The notes below the pieces were generated by a model. It saw only the letters and a list, made by a program, of their open reading frames with translations, was not told the DNA's origin and searched no databases. From positions 876,272-940,271 of the forward strand of contig NW_002060958.1 in the NCBI RefSeq assembly GCF_000150275.1: a DNA stretch of 64,000 nt, written 5' to 3'. Origin of the DNA: Trichoplax adhaerens. Lineage: Eukaryota > Animalia > Placozoa. Both the position numbers and the translations under genes were made by a program. Shown here one piece after another: positions 1-13,300 of the stretch; positions within the stretch are counted from its first letter, which is position 1, and every line of letters begins with the position of its first letter.

Positions 1-73
1 TACAGGAGATAACTGTAATAGTAATTTTCTCAATAACTAAAAACTACTAAAGCTAACAGAATAAATCTTAAAT

Positions 74-270
74 CTTAATCCATTCGTTAGAGGGTTAAAC
101 TCTAGATATTACAAATACCAGGTGTATCATATAGATCAGTATTCGATATGTACTTCGCCTGCAAAGTACATGAGGAGATAATTAAAATTTTCTCATTATA
201 AAATTTAACAGGGCAGGTCTCTAATCCATACGATAGAAGGTTAAACTCTTGATATTATAAATACCAGGCG
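74..270. repeat. Diverged direct duplication (~146-bp period)
   Basis: taatccat.cg.taga.ggttaaactct.gatatta.aaataccagg at ~76 and ~222. Confidence 0.8.
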
Positions 271-3200
271 AATTTAGTTCTACATGAAAACAAAATCTTG
301 TAACATAGCAATACTTCGATGTTATTATATTTGTTTTAAAATCAATTTCATCTTACGCATAATATATTCATGCATAGCTTAAGATGTTGATAATTAATTT
401 CATACCAAATTTTAATTCCGTCTTAACTAAGTAGGGTTGAAAGAGCATTCCATACTTTTTCAATTAGTACGATACTTGAAGCTAATCTAATTTTAGTAAG
501 AATTAATATCAATTACAATATATGAATTTCCTATGATAAAGTGCTAAATTACCACAAGATTTACACATAAACTCGTATCTAGTCAATTTGTAATGTCAAT
601 TTCGAATCTATTGGTGCCATATTACCAACTTTAGAGTAATTTCTTAATAATATCTTCGTACAACATAATGATCACTGTAATCATTGGCAAGTATGGTATA
701 TTGCTTTATATTTATATACAGATTGGTCTTTGATTCTCACTGAAAACATTTGCGGTGTGCATATACCTTATACAAGAAAATTTCCGTCTGTTTAGTAAGA
801 TCGATTAAATTTGTATTTGAATCTGTCTCTAATAATTTGCTTTCATATAACATTTTATGCAACCTTTAAAAATCAATACGATTTTATAATTCCAATTGAA
901 GCAAAATTAATCATACTTAAATATGACTATTTTTAAACTATTAAATCAATGCATTCCATATTCTACGCGTGATCATGAACAAGCACATAGTTAATTTTAT
1001 AATATTGATGCACGATCTGATAGCATCATTCCATCTGCTTAAGCTAGCGCTAAAATAGTGCTAAACTAATTAGCTATCAATTTAAACGTGAACTATGATA
1101 ATTGTGGATTTATAGAATTACGATAGAACGGGCTAAGAGTTTTCTTATAGATGAAACTATAAATTTCTCTTCGCTTACATCGTACTCTACTAAAATGAAA
1201 TCAAACTTAAAAATTTTAATAGTATCTATCGCTCATTTATCTAATTTATTTATAGAAAGTTAAACCAATCCTTTACAATATGCTCTCTACTATTCTGATA
1301 GCGTATGTTAAGGACTACTCGCCATTGATATATGCTATCAATTCACAGCATCCATTCGCCTCCATACAAACTGGGTCTAAAATATTGCTACTTCACTAAT
1401 CCATTATTTCCTACCCAACTTTGAAGCTAAAATCTAACTTAAACCTATAAATTACAACGCACCTTATGTTACGGCACAAGCAAATATTTCATTATTATAG
1501 TACAGTTTTATATCACATTACAATAAATGGTTAATTCTAAAAGCAAGCATAAATATAAATATAAAAATTATGGTAACAGCTGTCAATAAACGGATCTTTC
1601 ATCGTAAAAATGACCATGATCCATCACGAATATTTTAAAATATTTAAGAGAATAAAGTATCCTGAATTGATATTATACTACTACGCTAAGGCAATTTACT
1701 TTATCAGAACCAATTTATATTATGTCAATAATAACAAAACTTATTAGAATGGATATTAAGAAGCAGAATGATGCACAAGTACCAATGCTTCGAGAGTTCC
1801 AACAGTATCACACTTACAAGCCTAACTTTAATTTTACTATTTTTAAACATTTTGTACTATTTCTTTAGCCTTAACTTAAAATCGGTATCAGGTGATAATC
1901 TACAATGTATTATTTGTTTTATATTTGTATTTAAATTTAGTAAGGTGTCTATTGGACTGCACTATATTTAAATACACACAGTAACTTCGAACGAAAGTCC
2001 TAAAAGTGGTTCTGTTAAGTATTCAAGAGTAAAGATCATACGTCTAATTGCGTCATCGACAAATAAGAATCAGTTAGCATTCTCTCGGCTAAAATTATTT
2101 GTTTTTTATTTATCATATCGGTACCTCAAGGACAGAGATGTATTTCATTCCTGATACCATTCTGTTTTGATGTACAGTAACGTAATAGTATAAATTAAAA
2201 GTTTACTTTTACGGCATATCGAAATAATAGCTAATAATGGCTAATTATAGAATGGTTAAAAGAATTAATTTGAGTTTATTAAACAATCATGGTCTTCAGT
2301 TGTAAAGAATTAGTTCTATATGACTACAAAATGAAGTTGCTACAAGTTTGCAAAGAGTTTCTGTAGTTACATGGCTACAATAATTAATCCAAATATAATA
2401 ATTCAAAATTCATTTTATAAACATATTCGATTCTAATTTCATTTTCGGATATCGCTAATGCCTACCTGTATTACGATATTCCTTGCATTGCGTCTAAACA
2501 GACAGATAAATTTTTAGTCATAACATAATATATTATCACGTAATAATTCCGTATTAATGATAAATTTACACACGAACAGAAGAAACTTTTGTCATCTCTC
2601 TTCGATATGATTCAAGTAAAGAAAAGAAGCGGCTACATTAAAATAGTAGTGATACATAATACGTGCATAGTTCATAGTCAAATCTTCAGAAGCAATGCCC
2701 GATCGGATGAAGGCTCGAAAGTATATGTGCAAGTTTTATTTTTTAATAGATTGTTATGGATCTAAACATGAACAGAGATGACTCTAATGTCTCAAACAGA
2801 CAAGGATCTTGTTTTAAAATTTCAGCGAAAGCTATATTTTTTAGTTTTTAGACATCGCTTTTAATTTCCTAACCCTTAATTAGAATAAAAAATAAAGCCT
2901 ATTTGTAATTTGCTCATCCTTAGTATCAGTCATCCAGTAATCACCTTACTTTAACATTCTTAATCTTTATCCGGCATTACTGCCTCATTATTGATAGACA
3001 ATTTTCTTCTCTGTTAAGTCATAATAGTCTTGGCTGACGACGTAATTAAGGAATTGAAAATCTTCTTCTTGTATTATGAATTTCTTTTCTATTTCTTTGT
3101 CGTATGAAATGAATTGATTTCTCTTATGGACAATAGAAATAATAAATAGATCAAATAGCATAGCTACCATGACAATATACGCTTTTAAATTCTTCTCTAA

Positions 3201-4109
3201 CGTTAAACTATATGGCTTCTTTATCTAAAAATATTCCATTTCTTATCTACTATAACAATTTCATAACAGTCTTATCTACGGAGTTAACTAACAGAGGCCT
3301 TGTTCATACTAGTTATCAATAGAATCTTTATCAGCATCAATCACAATGTAAATAAAAATTACGTAGAATGAATTAATGAGCACAAAATAACATTTAATTA
3401 CAACTCATTTTAAAATTGCATTCGTAAAATCGTTACTTTTCCTTGGTACCCACTTTATTCATGAAAATGAAAAAGGTCCATCGAGCTCTCTACGCTAAGT
3501 AAATGAGAATTTCTCTTATCTAAGAATAATCTATGATCAAATTAAATACAATATCTCTTCTTAGATATAAAATAATGTAGAAGTAAAATTATCAAACTTG
3601 ATTAATGAGATTTTTATTATAGTAGATCATATTTTAACTGCAATCACACTATCCTATTAGGATAACGGTAACACCATCAGGCCTACAGGCGATGTTGAAA
3701 TGAAGTTACAGAAAATAATAGACTCAAAGAACGCCAAGTATGTTAGATAAGGAAAATTAAACTAATAAGAATTACTCAATTCTGATTTAAAAATTATCAG
3801 TTGAAGGTACCTGGCTTCGATATTTAAAAATTCCGAATTTTTCGTCGAGAAGCAGAGCCATTGCGAGTAAGTTATTAACGCCTTTCCTTAACTTTACTGC
3901 ACTTTAAATGCCGGACAATATTATGTCTAGTATTTTCATTAATCTGTTCTGATTGATGATATAGTAATACTTGAGGAAAAATAGTAGATTGATGGATTGT
4001 AATCTACATCTCTTCCGTATAATTACAGCACCGGTGCATATTGGTGCAGATCGTAATTTTCATATCGCTACATTGGATTCAGTAACGTAACTGCCATAAG
4101 TACTTTGCT

Positions 4110-4460
4110 ACTTAACTCGCTATTAGCTAGAATGAAAGACTAAACAGCACGTATAAACCCTATAAAAGCCGGCTTTTACTATACATGTAAATGAGCACTA
4201 AATTAATCGCCGCCACACTCACAACATACCTTAGTTACCGCAATTAATTGAAATTTCCTTAAATTTCACGTTTCTTGAAGAAGTACGTAGTTTACTAAAG
4301 AACTCGCTAGTAGCTAAATGAAAGACTCAGCAATATGTATAAACCCTACAAGAACCAGTTTTTACTACACACGCGTATGTGCAATAAATTAACAGCCTTA
4401 ACGTTCATAGCATAAATTAGTTGCCGCAATGAATTAGAATTTAAAATTTATTTAAATTTC
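4110..4460. repeat. Diverged tandem duplication (~187-bp period)
   Basis: aactcgcta.tagcta..atgaaagact..gtataaacccta..ttttacta at ~4114 and ~4301. Confidence 0.8.
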
Positions 4461-6247
4461 CAACGTCCGAGAGATATGGTGTACCGGCAAATTTGTGACT
4501 CTTTGTAGAATAGCTTGTTTGTATCATTACGAGCTAAAATTTCTGCTGACATTCCATTCCATTGGGAAAAATAACTATATAGGATTTTGTAAGGTGTTTA
4601 GATAAATAATTTATCTGTCTCACTGCTTTTTAGTAACAAAATTGTCCTTAACATTCTATCTAGCTAACGAAAGCAACTACGTATAATTCCATTAAGTAGG
4701 AGTATCAATAATATTGATTCTTTTTTTAAATTATCACTGTAAGCAAGATCTTGAGTTAAACATGGCAGTAGATGGTCTTAAAAATCGTTGATGATATTAG
4801 ATTCATTTCCTTAACTGTTAGAATAACATTTCATATCTTAATTACATAATTGCTATCAACTTATTTTCTGTTCATTAACTCCTATACCTGTCCGCCATTC
4901 ATTATAACCTGTCTGATTTTTCAGCCTAAACCATTAAACTATTTAAAAATAAAACAATTATACAATTATACTGTTTATAAACAGAAAGAGTTTATACTTT
5001 TAAGATTTAGCTAGTTCTTTACTCAACGATAACACAGACTCTTTGTTATTGGATCAAACCCATTATTATCTTTTCTGATTTGGCGATTTATAAAAATTAA
5101 GGATTGCCTCTCGTAAACTTTCTCGACTTAGAAACCTTGTTTCGTTTGCTGTAAGGTCATAGCATATTTAATTCCTCACAGTTAATAATCATACAATCGT
5201 GGCTTATTTCATTACTTTAAGCTAATTCATAGGATCTTGGTCAAAGTTAATTTTAAAGCTTTGCTTTAAAAATAAGTCGAAAACACAGCAAACAGATTAA
5301 TTAATTTCTCCATGCTGCTGTGAGGTTGATAGATCAAGAATCTTAAAAAATTTAGAATAAATTAAGATTTATTGAGCAAAACCTCGTTTTACGAAGATAC
5401 AACGTCATCAATTAGCTGAGGACCTCTAACGAGAAAGAACTATCTTACTATACTAAACTACTCGCTTATATACTTTTCCCCGTTTGAAGTCTTAGCACTT
5501 TACTTACTACACACTTCAGTATTAGCATCTCAAATACAGGATAGTTTACACCTTTCATGTGAAGCTCTAGTGTGAGCACTGTAGCGCTCCTCTTCAAAAG
5601 GATTACAGTTACTAAGCTAGCTATATTTAATACTTAAGCCTCTAACGAGAATATCTATCATATGTTGAACATAATACCTACGGTAGACATTACTAAATAT
5701 ATCATCAACTTAGAATACAATATTACACTGTCTTACAGCTGCTAGCTTATTTCCTTCCAAAATCTCATTTTGATATCATCGCTATCCATAACGCTATAGA
5801 ATTAAATATACGATAGCAAACCTATCTTTTGTAGTTTTAATACTAGTGGTGCGATATCATCAGTATTGTGCTATCCAGTCAATGCCATAAAATCATTTTG
5901 CAGCAGATACCTTTTAGTATAGCCCAATTACTGCGTTGCCGGTAAGTTATATCGCTAACTTTTGTTTATTCCCAGGAATCTCCTGCAAATCTGCTAGTAA
6001 TTTTTTGCATCTTATAGTATACCCTAAAGATTACGAAAATAAATGTATTCAAGGTTGAGAGCTAAAACAATTCATGAGTAAACCAGCATTGGATGTATTC
6101 ATTACGTGAAACCCTTCACTGAACGTTCTCGATTGCATAGATATGGACTGCAGAAATTCTACATCATGTACATTAAGCAATTAATATCATTTTCTATGTT
6201 TTTTTCGAATTCAGGAAGCTATAGGTGATTAACCATTATCGTTAGTT

Positions 6248-8143
6248 ATGACTACCTGGCAGAAAATTACCAATACTCTATATCAAGATGGCATTGATGG
6301 CGATAAAAGCTCGAAGAAAGCACAAACTCTAAAGTCTTCTTTTTATCCATCATGGAAAATCAACCGATATTTATTACTTTCCAAAGCAGTCTATTTCATC
6401 TATAGCTTTGCTGTTGGAGGTTTAAAGCCCTTCTTACCGATTTACTTTAAACAGCTGGGAATCAATGCCAAGCATTTAGGAATCTTAATGGGTTGTCGAC
6501 CTCTGGCGGAAGCATTTAGTATCATGATATTTTCAATGATAGCTGATCGATTGCAATGTCATAAAACAATTTTAATCACAGCTTTATGTATGGGAGGACT
6601 ATTAACCTTTGCATTTAATTTTATTCCCATTCCTAGCTTTTATTGCCCACCTGATAATATAACTTCAGATATCATCATCAATACTACCTTTACATCGGAG
6701 GCTTTCCAAGCGTCTCCAATGTATACAGTTGAAAATCCATACACTCTCACCAACGGCAGCTATAATGAAGGTTATTATTTTCGTCGATATGGCAGTATCA
6801 TCGTTGATAATCCATATTTTACATATGATCATTATGATCTGCAAGAAAGTTTTATTTGCATATTAGTCATAATTATCATTTGTGAAATGATTGCAGCTCC
6901 GTCGTTAACTTTAGTCGATACCTATACGTTATATCAATTAGAGGATAAGAAAGTAGAATATGGTCGACAGCGTTGCTGGGCTGCTATAGGTATTGGAGCT
7001 GGCGAATTAATGTCGGGCTTAATTTTAGTCCATTCCATCATGACAATTGAAATTTGCGGCAAAATATACGTCATGGGCCATAATTATAACATTGCATTTT
7101 CCTTATATTTAATACTGATGAGCATTGCAGCTGTCATTGCGCTAAGATTTCAATTTTCAGAATCAGATAACCCTTCTTCAAGCCAAATTAATCGGCACGG
7201 TGATGATAGAAATACTACAGACAATACTGATCATGACGATGAAATATATCATGAAGACAGCAACGGAATCGAAACTAAAAAGTTAATCAGACATTATTAC
7301 CATCAATATAAAAATCGCTTACAAAATATTAATAAAGATTTTAGTGAGAGTGAATTAGATGATGATTCTGATGATGCAGTATTTAGTTATAGCACCGATT
7401 CCAATGATGAAATGGGAATGCTAGCAAAGTTGAAGGATAAACGATCTACTTCTCCAAATCAATATTCAAATATATGGCAGCTCTTTACTTCACTTCGTTA
7501 TGGTTCTACGTTGTGCATTAGCTTGTGTTTAGGTACTGCAATGGGTATATTAACATCATTTATGTACTGGCATTTGCAAAGTTTAGGTGGAAGCACATTA
7601 TTATTTGGCTGTATCGGGGTTACTATCCATATCGTTGAAGCCATATCATTTTTCTTGGCTCAAAATGCAATTTATTATTTAACTCATGTTGGAGTTATGG
7701 GTCTTTGCATATTTTTAACCGCTGTTGTTTGCATGTCGCTGGCATTTCTGCAAATTCTTTGGTTGGCTGTACCACTTGGTATTTTGATCGGTATGATAAC
7801 AGCACTCTTTTTCGCTAGTGCTACATCCTATTTTAGCCAAGCAGCTCAAAAACACAGTATAAGCTCAGCACAAGGTATATTTCAAGCCGTTTACTGTGGT
7901 ATCGGTTGCTCCATTGGCTCGGTTGTCGGTGGTATTGTTATAACCTATCATGGTGCAAGAAATTTATTTTTTGTAGCTGGTGCATTCTATACAATCATTT
8001 TTATGCTATTCATCTTGCTACAACTACTGATCCATCTATCAGAGCGTGGTACTCTAACAGATATAAGGAAAAAAAAGGGGACAAATGACCCACCTAAAAG
8101 CTACTTTCGTCGAGTTAAAGCAACTCGATCTAGAACGTATTAA
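6248..8143 (+). CDS. MFSD6: Major facilitator superfamily domain-containing protein 6-like transporter (631 aa, single coding exon)
   Basis: Two hydrophobic MFS bundles. Family-type motifs include PFLPIYFKQLG, MIADR, YGRQRCWAAIG and SAQGIFQAVYCGIGCSIGSVVGG. There is a large first luminal loop and an acidic central loop. An acceptor-like ttcag at ~6214 implies untranslated upstream exon(s). Confidence 0.85.
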   Translation: MTTWQKITNTLYQDGIDGDKSSKKAQTLKSSFYPSWKINRYLLLSKAVYFIYSFAVGGLKPFLPIYFKQLGINAKHLGILMGCRPLAEAFSIMIFSMIADRLQCHKTILITALCMGGLLTFAFNFIPIPSFYCPPDNITSDIIINTTFTSEAFQASPMYTVENPYTLTNGSYNEGYYFRRYGSIIVDNPYFTYDHYDLQESFICILVIIIICEMIAAPSLTLVDTYTLYQLEDKKVEYGRQRCWAAIGIGAGELMSGLILVHSIMTIEICGKIYVMGHNYNIAFSLYLILMSIAAVIALRFQFSESDNPSSSQINRHGDDRNTTDNTDHDDEIYHEDSNGIETKKLIRHYYHQYKNRLQNINKDFSESELDDDSDDAVFSYSTDSNDEMGMLAKLKDKRSTSPNQYSNIWQLFTSLRYGSTLCISLCLGTAMGILTSFMYWHLQSLGGSTLLFGCIGVTIHIVEAISFFLAQNAIYYLTHVGVMGLCIFLTAVVCMSLAFLQILWLAVPLGILIGMITALFFASATSYFSQAAQKHSISSAQGIFQAVYCGIGCSIGSVVGGIVITYHGARNLFFVAGAFYTIIFMLFILLQLLIHLSERGTLTDIRKKKGTNDPPKSYFRRVKATRSRTY

Positions 8144-10324
8144 TTTCGCATCTATAGTGATCGACGTCTATTGTGTTTACGTATCATAATAATAAATGAG
8201 TCAAAATGTATAAAAATATTCTAAGGTAGATATACACGCAATTTAATAGAGGTAGGTGATCATGGTCGTCATAAAATCATTAGTTTTGCATTTATACCAT
8301 CCCATATCTAGGAAAATATATAGTTAGAATGTTAAGGTAAATATTTCGAGATGGATGCGCAGATAATTCTGTAGAAATGACAATAATTGTTTCGGAAAAA
8401 AGATAAATATTGTGCCTATGTTATTATCTACAATAAGGAATGGTAGTTAAGATATGAATATTAAGTAATTAAAATGGATATACTAGTATACTCACACATA
8501 TAAATCAGTATAAAGATGATATTAAAATTATAAAGTGAGATTACTAAGTATTAATTATTACTAACTATTAAGTACAAATGTTATCAACTGTTTAACCAGA
8601 ATCGTTATTGCCATATTTTGAGCCCTCATCAAGAATAAAAATGCGATAAAGTCACAATACTGTGGTGTATCATAATTGTCATAGTTAATAAATTTTAGGG
8701 GTATATTATCGATAAACTATCGACTACTCCATTTTGATAATCTTAGTAATTACAAGATCAAAAAGTATTTAAGATCCAAAAGTAATCTGTAGATATTTAA
8801 TATATAGCATTATTAAACGTCTTATAGTGTCTATATATTAGTTGGCTTACGGCAATTATAAAGTAAGAAGAGATCAAAATTATATTTGGCAACTTCAGCT
8901 ACTATATTTGTCATAATACTATAGTAAAAGAATATGATGGAACACCATAGTTTATCCAGATGGTATTAAAATAAGAATTCATAACGTTTTTTAATTCGCA
9001 AATTTGACTTTAAAGTAAGTACTGTATTATAGCATTCTATAACTCCCTTGTGGCAAACAAAAAAGAGCATCTACGTTTACAGCATTTTCGATATGAAGGA
9101 CTAAGAATCAAACTTATTATTCTAAAGATGTGGTATTTGCGATAGGTTAAAAGTTTTTATTTAGATAATAAAGTAATCCTATATTATATGCGTTGAATAT
9201 TCAGAACATTCCTGTATTTTGAACGGTAACCAGTTTTATCATTCTTAGCACATACAATATTAAGTTAATAAAATATCATCTGATATGAGCTTATAATCAA
9301 TCAGACTAACCCATTAAATACAAAAAGTCTTCAAAAACAATCCTAATGTCTAGAGTATATTTTAGTACTCCTATATCTACTTAGAGTCTATTTTACCAAC
9401 TTTTGACACACTCATGAGTTTATTAACATTCAAATATTGCTAGTAATCATTATTTTATATTATTTGATTATTACTTATTCGAAAGTATTCAACTTTTTCT
9501 GTATGAGTATATTCGTGATGGAAAATTTTACGAATAATAGTTAATAAGTTAAGAATTAGTTAACCATAAATATATATCTGTAATTCACAATACAGCATAG
9601 TGTTCTGTCCATAGTACAGCACTATTTCATACAGCAGTTCAATTTAAATAGGCAGATAAATTACATTAGAAAGCGTTCAATAACATGTCTTATTAGACAT
9701 ATATTTAGTTCTAACTTTAGTCAGTAAAGTATACTTGAATAAAGGGAAAGAAGACATTCCGGAACGTATAAAAATTACCAAGTATCTATTGGTCGATAGT
9801 ACGTACACATAGTTGTTGGAACATCCATTAAGTGAACTAAAATAAGTCAATAAATAATAATAATTGCAATATACTTATGACATATAGGTTTATATATGTG
9901 CTGCCCTTTATGAATTTTTAAAATAACATAAATATACATATATGCGTATGCATGAATACTTGAAGTAAGTAACATATTTAGGTATGCATTAATACTGAAA
10001 TAAATAGGGCTGAGATATGAAATATTGATATTATTAATAGAACTACGACAAAATGGAAAGAATTTGCGACTGTATATCAGATATACGAGCTATAAATCGA
10101 GATAATAATAAAATATTGATTATGGTGCTAATTAAAATAGCAATTCTTTTAAATCTTCGCCATATTGATTAGCCAGGTGCTGGTCTATTTTTCGTTCGTA
10201 GTAAAAGTGAATGCTGGGATGAATTTATTTATTTCTGTCCGATACTAAAGGATAAGAATTAGGCCTTCATTTTTAAGTATCTCATTAGTGAATCCAAATA
10301 TTCCCTCAAGCATTCGTCATGTGG

Positions 10325-13300
10325 TTATCCTAGCATAACCTATCATACGTAAGGAAACAGACAAATTGAGTAGCAATATATCGACTAATAAAGTATTAAA
10401 GTTGTTCTAAGACGCAGAATAGTCAAGTTGCTAACCTGTAAACGTGATCTTGATTCAAAATTAGCTAAGCCATTAACGGTATATTGCTGATGATCTTTTG
10501 AGCAAACCTTTTGCCAATCCTAGCAATAATGACCATAAAAATTTAAACTCTGATCAATATTCAGACAAGCTATTTCGAAAATGATACGATTCTATAATCA
10601 TAACAAATAATCCATCACCTGATTAGGATTAATCTACATTTCTAATCTAGATATGCTGACAAATCATACTTATATATATATATATATATATATACACTAA
10701 AATAAGAATAAAAATTCAACAAGTTCTGATAATTGTTTTTGTATTCATAGCATTATTCATCATAAACTTACGGAAATAAATGGATGCTGTAGCGCTTGCA
10801 TTGCTGTCAGCCTAGTTCTCATATTGACGGTTAACAGCTTTTTGACAAGTTCCTAGATTATATTTCAACGTCTTTAGTACAGAGACCATGAACTTAAACC
10901 AATCCATACTATAATTACATAGCACTAATATTGATGAAAGGATTAATTTAATTATTACACTTGGTTACCTTTGCTTCAATGGAAATTGAAGCCCATCCGT
11001 GATATCGATACTGATTTATATGTTAAAAGAAAGATAAATAGGTAATTTTAACCTTAAGAACAATACAGATTCAAACAAAATTTACATAAATTATTTTAAA
11101 ACTTTGTAATATCTTTGATAGCCTTACACTGATTGAACCCCTTATAATATCCTCAAATAATACTTCTATATCATCATCCCAGTAAGGTGGATAACCCACC
11201 AATAAGGCATACAGGACAGCTCCTATTCATAATTATAAGAATGCCAGTCAGTATTAGTCTCGCTATGCTAGAAATAATTTATCAGTTAATAGTTCAATTA
11301 GTATCAACCGCATCCCCATAAATCGATTGGTTTTCCATAAGGTTGATTTTGGATCATCTCTGGTGATAGATATTTAAGCGTACCAGCAAAACCTTCAATT
11401 GAAAGATAGATTGGTCATTTTATCGAAAGTTTATAATTATTACACTCACCTAGTTCCCTGCCTTGGCTTATTTGAAAAAGTACTTATAGTTTCTTTTACT
11501 AGTATAGGACTTATTAAATATTATTTTTGTAAATTATAAATTGTGGAGAAAAACGATTCTACAGCTTTACAACTGAAATGTTAGTTTACTTAGTTGCTCT
11601 TCTATATTAACATTTCAGCCTTGAAAGATATTTAAATCTACGCATATTAGAGAGTAATCTTCTTTCATTGTTACTGTCGCTGATTACGATAGCAGTTTAA
11701 GTATTTAATTCCGATCATCTTTTATGCTGATATTAATTAATTATTTACCATGCCATTCTTGTATTTCTGGATGAACTTCAATAGCAAGCCCAAAATCAAT
11801 TAATTTCACAGTTTCTTCACCATTACTACAGGAAATCATCAAATTCTTTGGCTACATAAAGCAAATATTATTAATTAGTTTCATAAGTTTTAAAACATAG
11901 AAGTAGAAAGATCAATACTTTCACTAAAAGGAGAATCATATAAACAGATGGACCTCATTTAATTTTTAATTATAACCGAACTATTTTTAAATTCTACATA
12001 TAGAATTAAATTAATTTAAAAATTCAGATTACACCCATTTTAACGAAAAGATGCACTGTAAATGATGAACTTACTTTAATATCCCGGTGGATAATGTTAT
12101 TTTGATGGCAATGATTGACGGCTTTCAGAATTTGTCTAAAGTAAATGCTGATAATATAGAGCTACCATTTGAATATATAATCGTCGAAATAGCTCGAAAG
12201 GAATAAATAATTCAGTTACTATATATATCTTATGATATTAGGCTACTATTGCAGAATTATATCAACATTGATTATAGAATTTTTGTTCAAATTGTAAGGA
12301 TTGTAAATAATTTTCGATTTAATATATGTGTTAGACTTTTAGTATACTTAGCCGTGTCTAATACCGTAGCTAAATCGATCCTAATTCTGCTATTGGATAT
12401 TATATATTGATGATAAATCGTTAACTAGCAAATTAAGCCTTGAAGAGATTCTTTAAATCGTACACAAAGTAATCGTATGTTTTACCTAGCATCACTCTCG
12501 GTATATATTTTTCGCTTAGAAATATGTTGGAACAGTTCACCATTTGTAACTCTAGATCGTACATAGAAGTGTTTAGTTTAGTAATAGGATTTAGCTATCT
12601 TAAAAATGAAGTCATAACAATATTCATTTACAGTGCATGGCTGGTAATGTAAAATAATAGATTTGGCGATTAATAATTTAAAATTTATTTATATTCCTTG
12701 CTTACAGTTCAAATATCATGCAATAGCTGTTATCGCCTTGGGTTAGTTCGTAGAAGCGAACTAATATAGAAAAAGAATAGATATTACATTGATCATATTA
12801 AATGAGTAGCTCATATAGCGAAAATTAATACGATTCTGAAGATATTAGAAAGGAAAGTGACGCTGTGTTGTGGTTGCTAATTACAGAAAAACTTGATTAA
12901 ATAGAGGGGAAGATACCTATATTACTCTAGATGAGTATAATACAAGTTTCACTAATACTTAAAACTCTATAGCAGAGAAGAGCCATATGTTCTGATATTA
13001 CTGGCAGTTTCTAATATAGTATGATTAGCCGCACAATTTACCAATATTGGCATGATTCAACTTTCGACATATCCTTACTTCCCGATGGATATTTTGTATA
13101 TCTATCCAAAAAATAAAATTATCATCTGAATAAACCTGATAGTATAAATCTCTTAATGGTATGAAAGTAGAAATTAAATCGTTGAAGTATGATAGATTGA
13201 CAGATCAAAATTGTAATCAGTACCATTTCTTTAAGCAACGAACTTCAATAAGAGTATTAAAATGATCAGGCAAAAACTCATTTTATACTATACGCTTAGA

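Noticed and set aside
2560-3170. Short minus-strand ORF-like stretches (e.g. 2988-3170)
   Set aside because: No recognisable homology or consistent splice structure. They could be decayed coding sequence, but I cannot support that.
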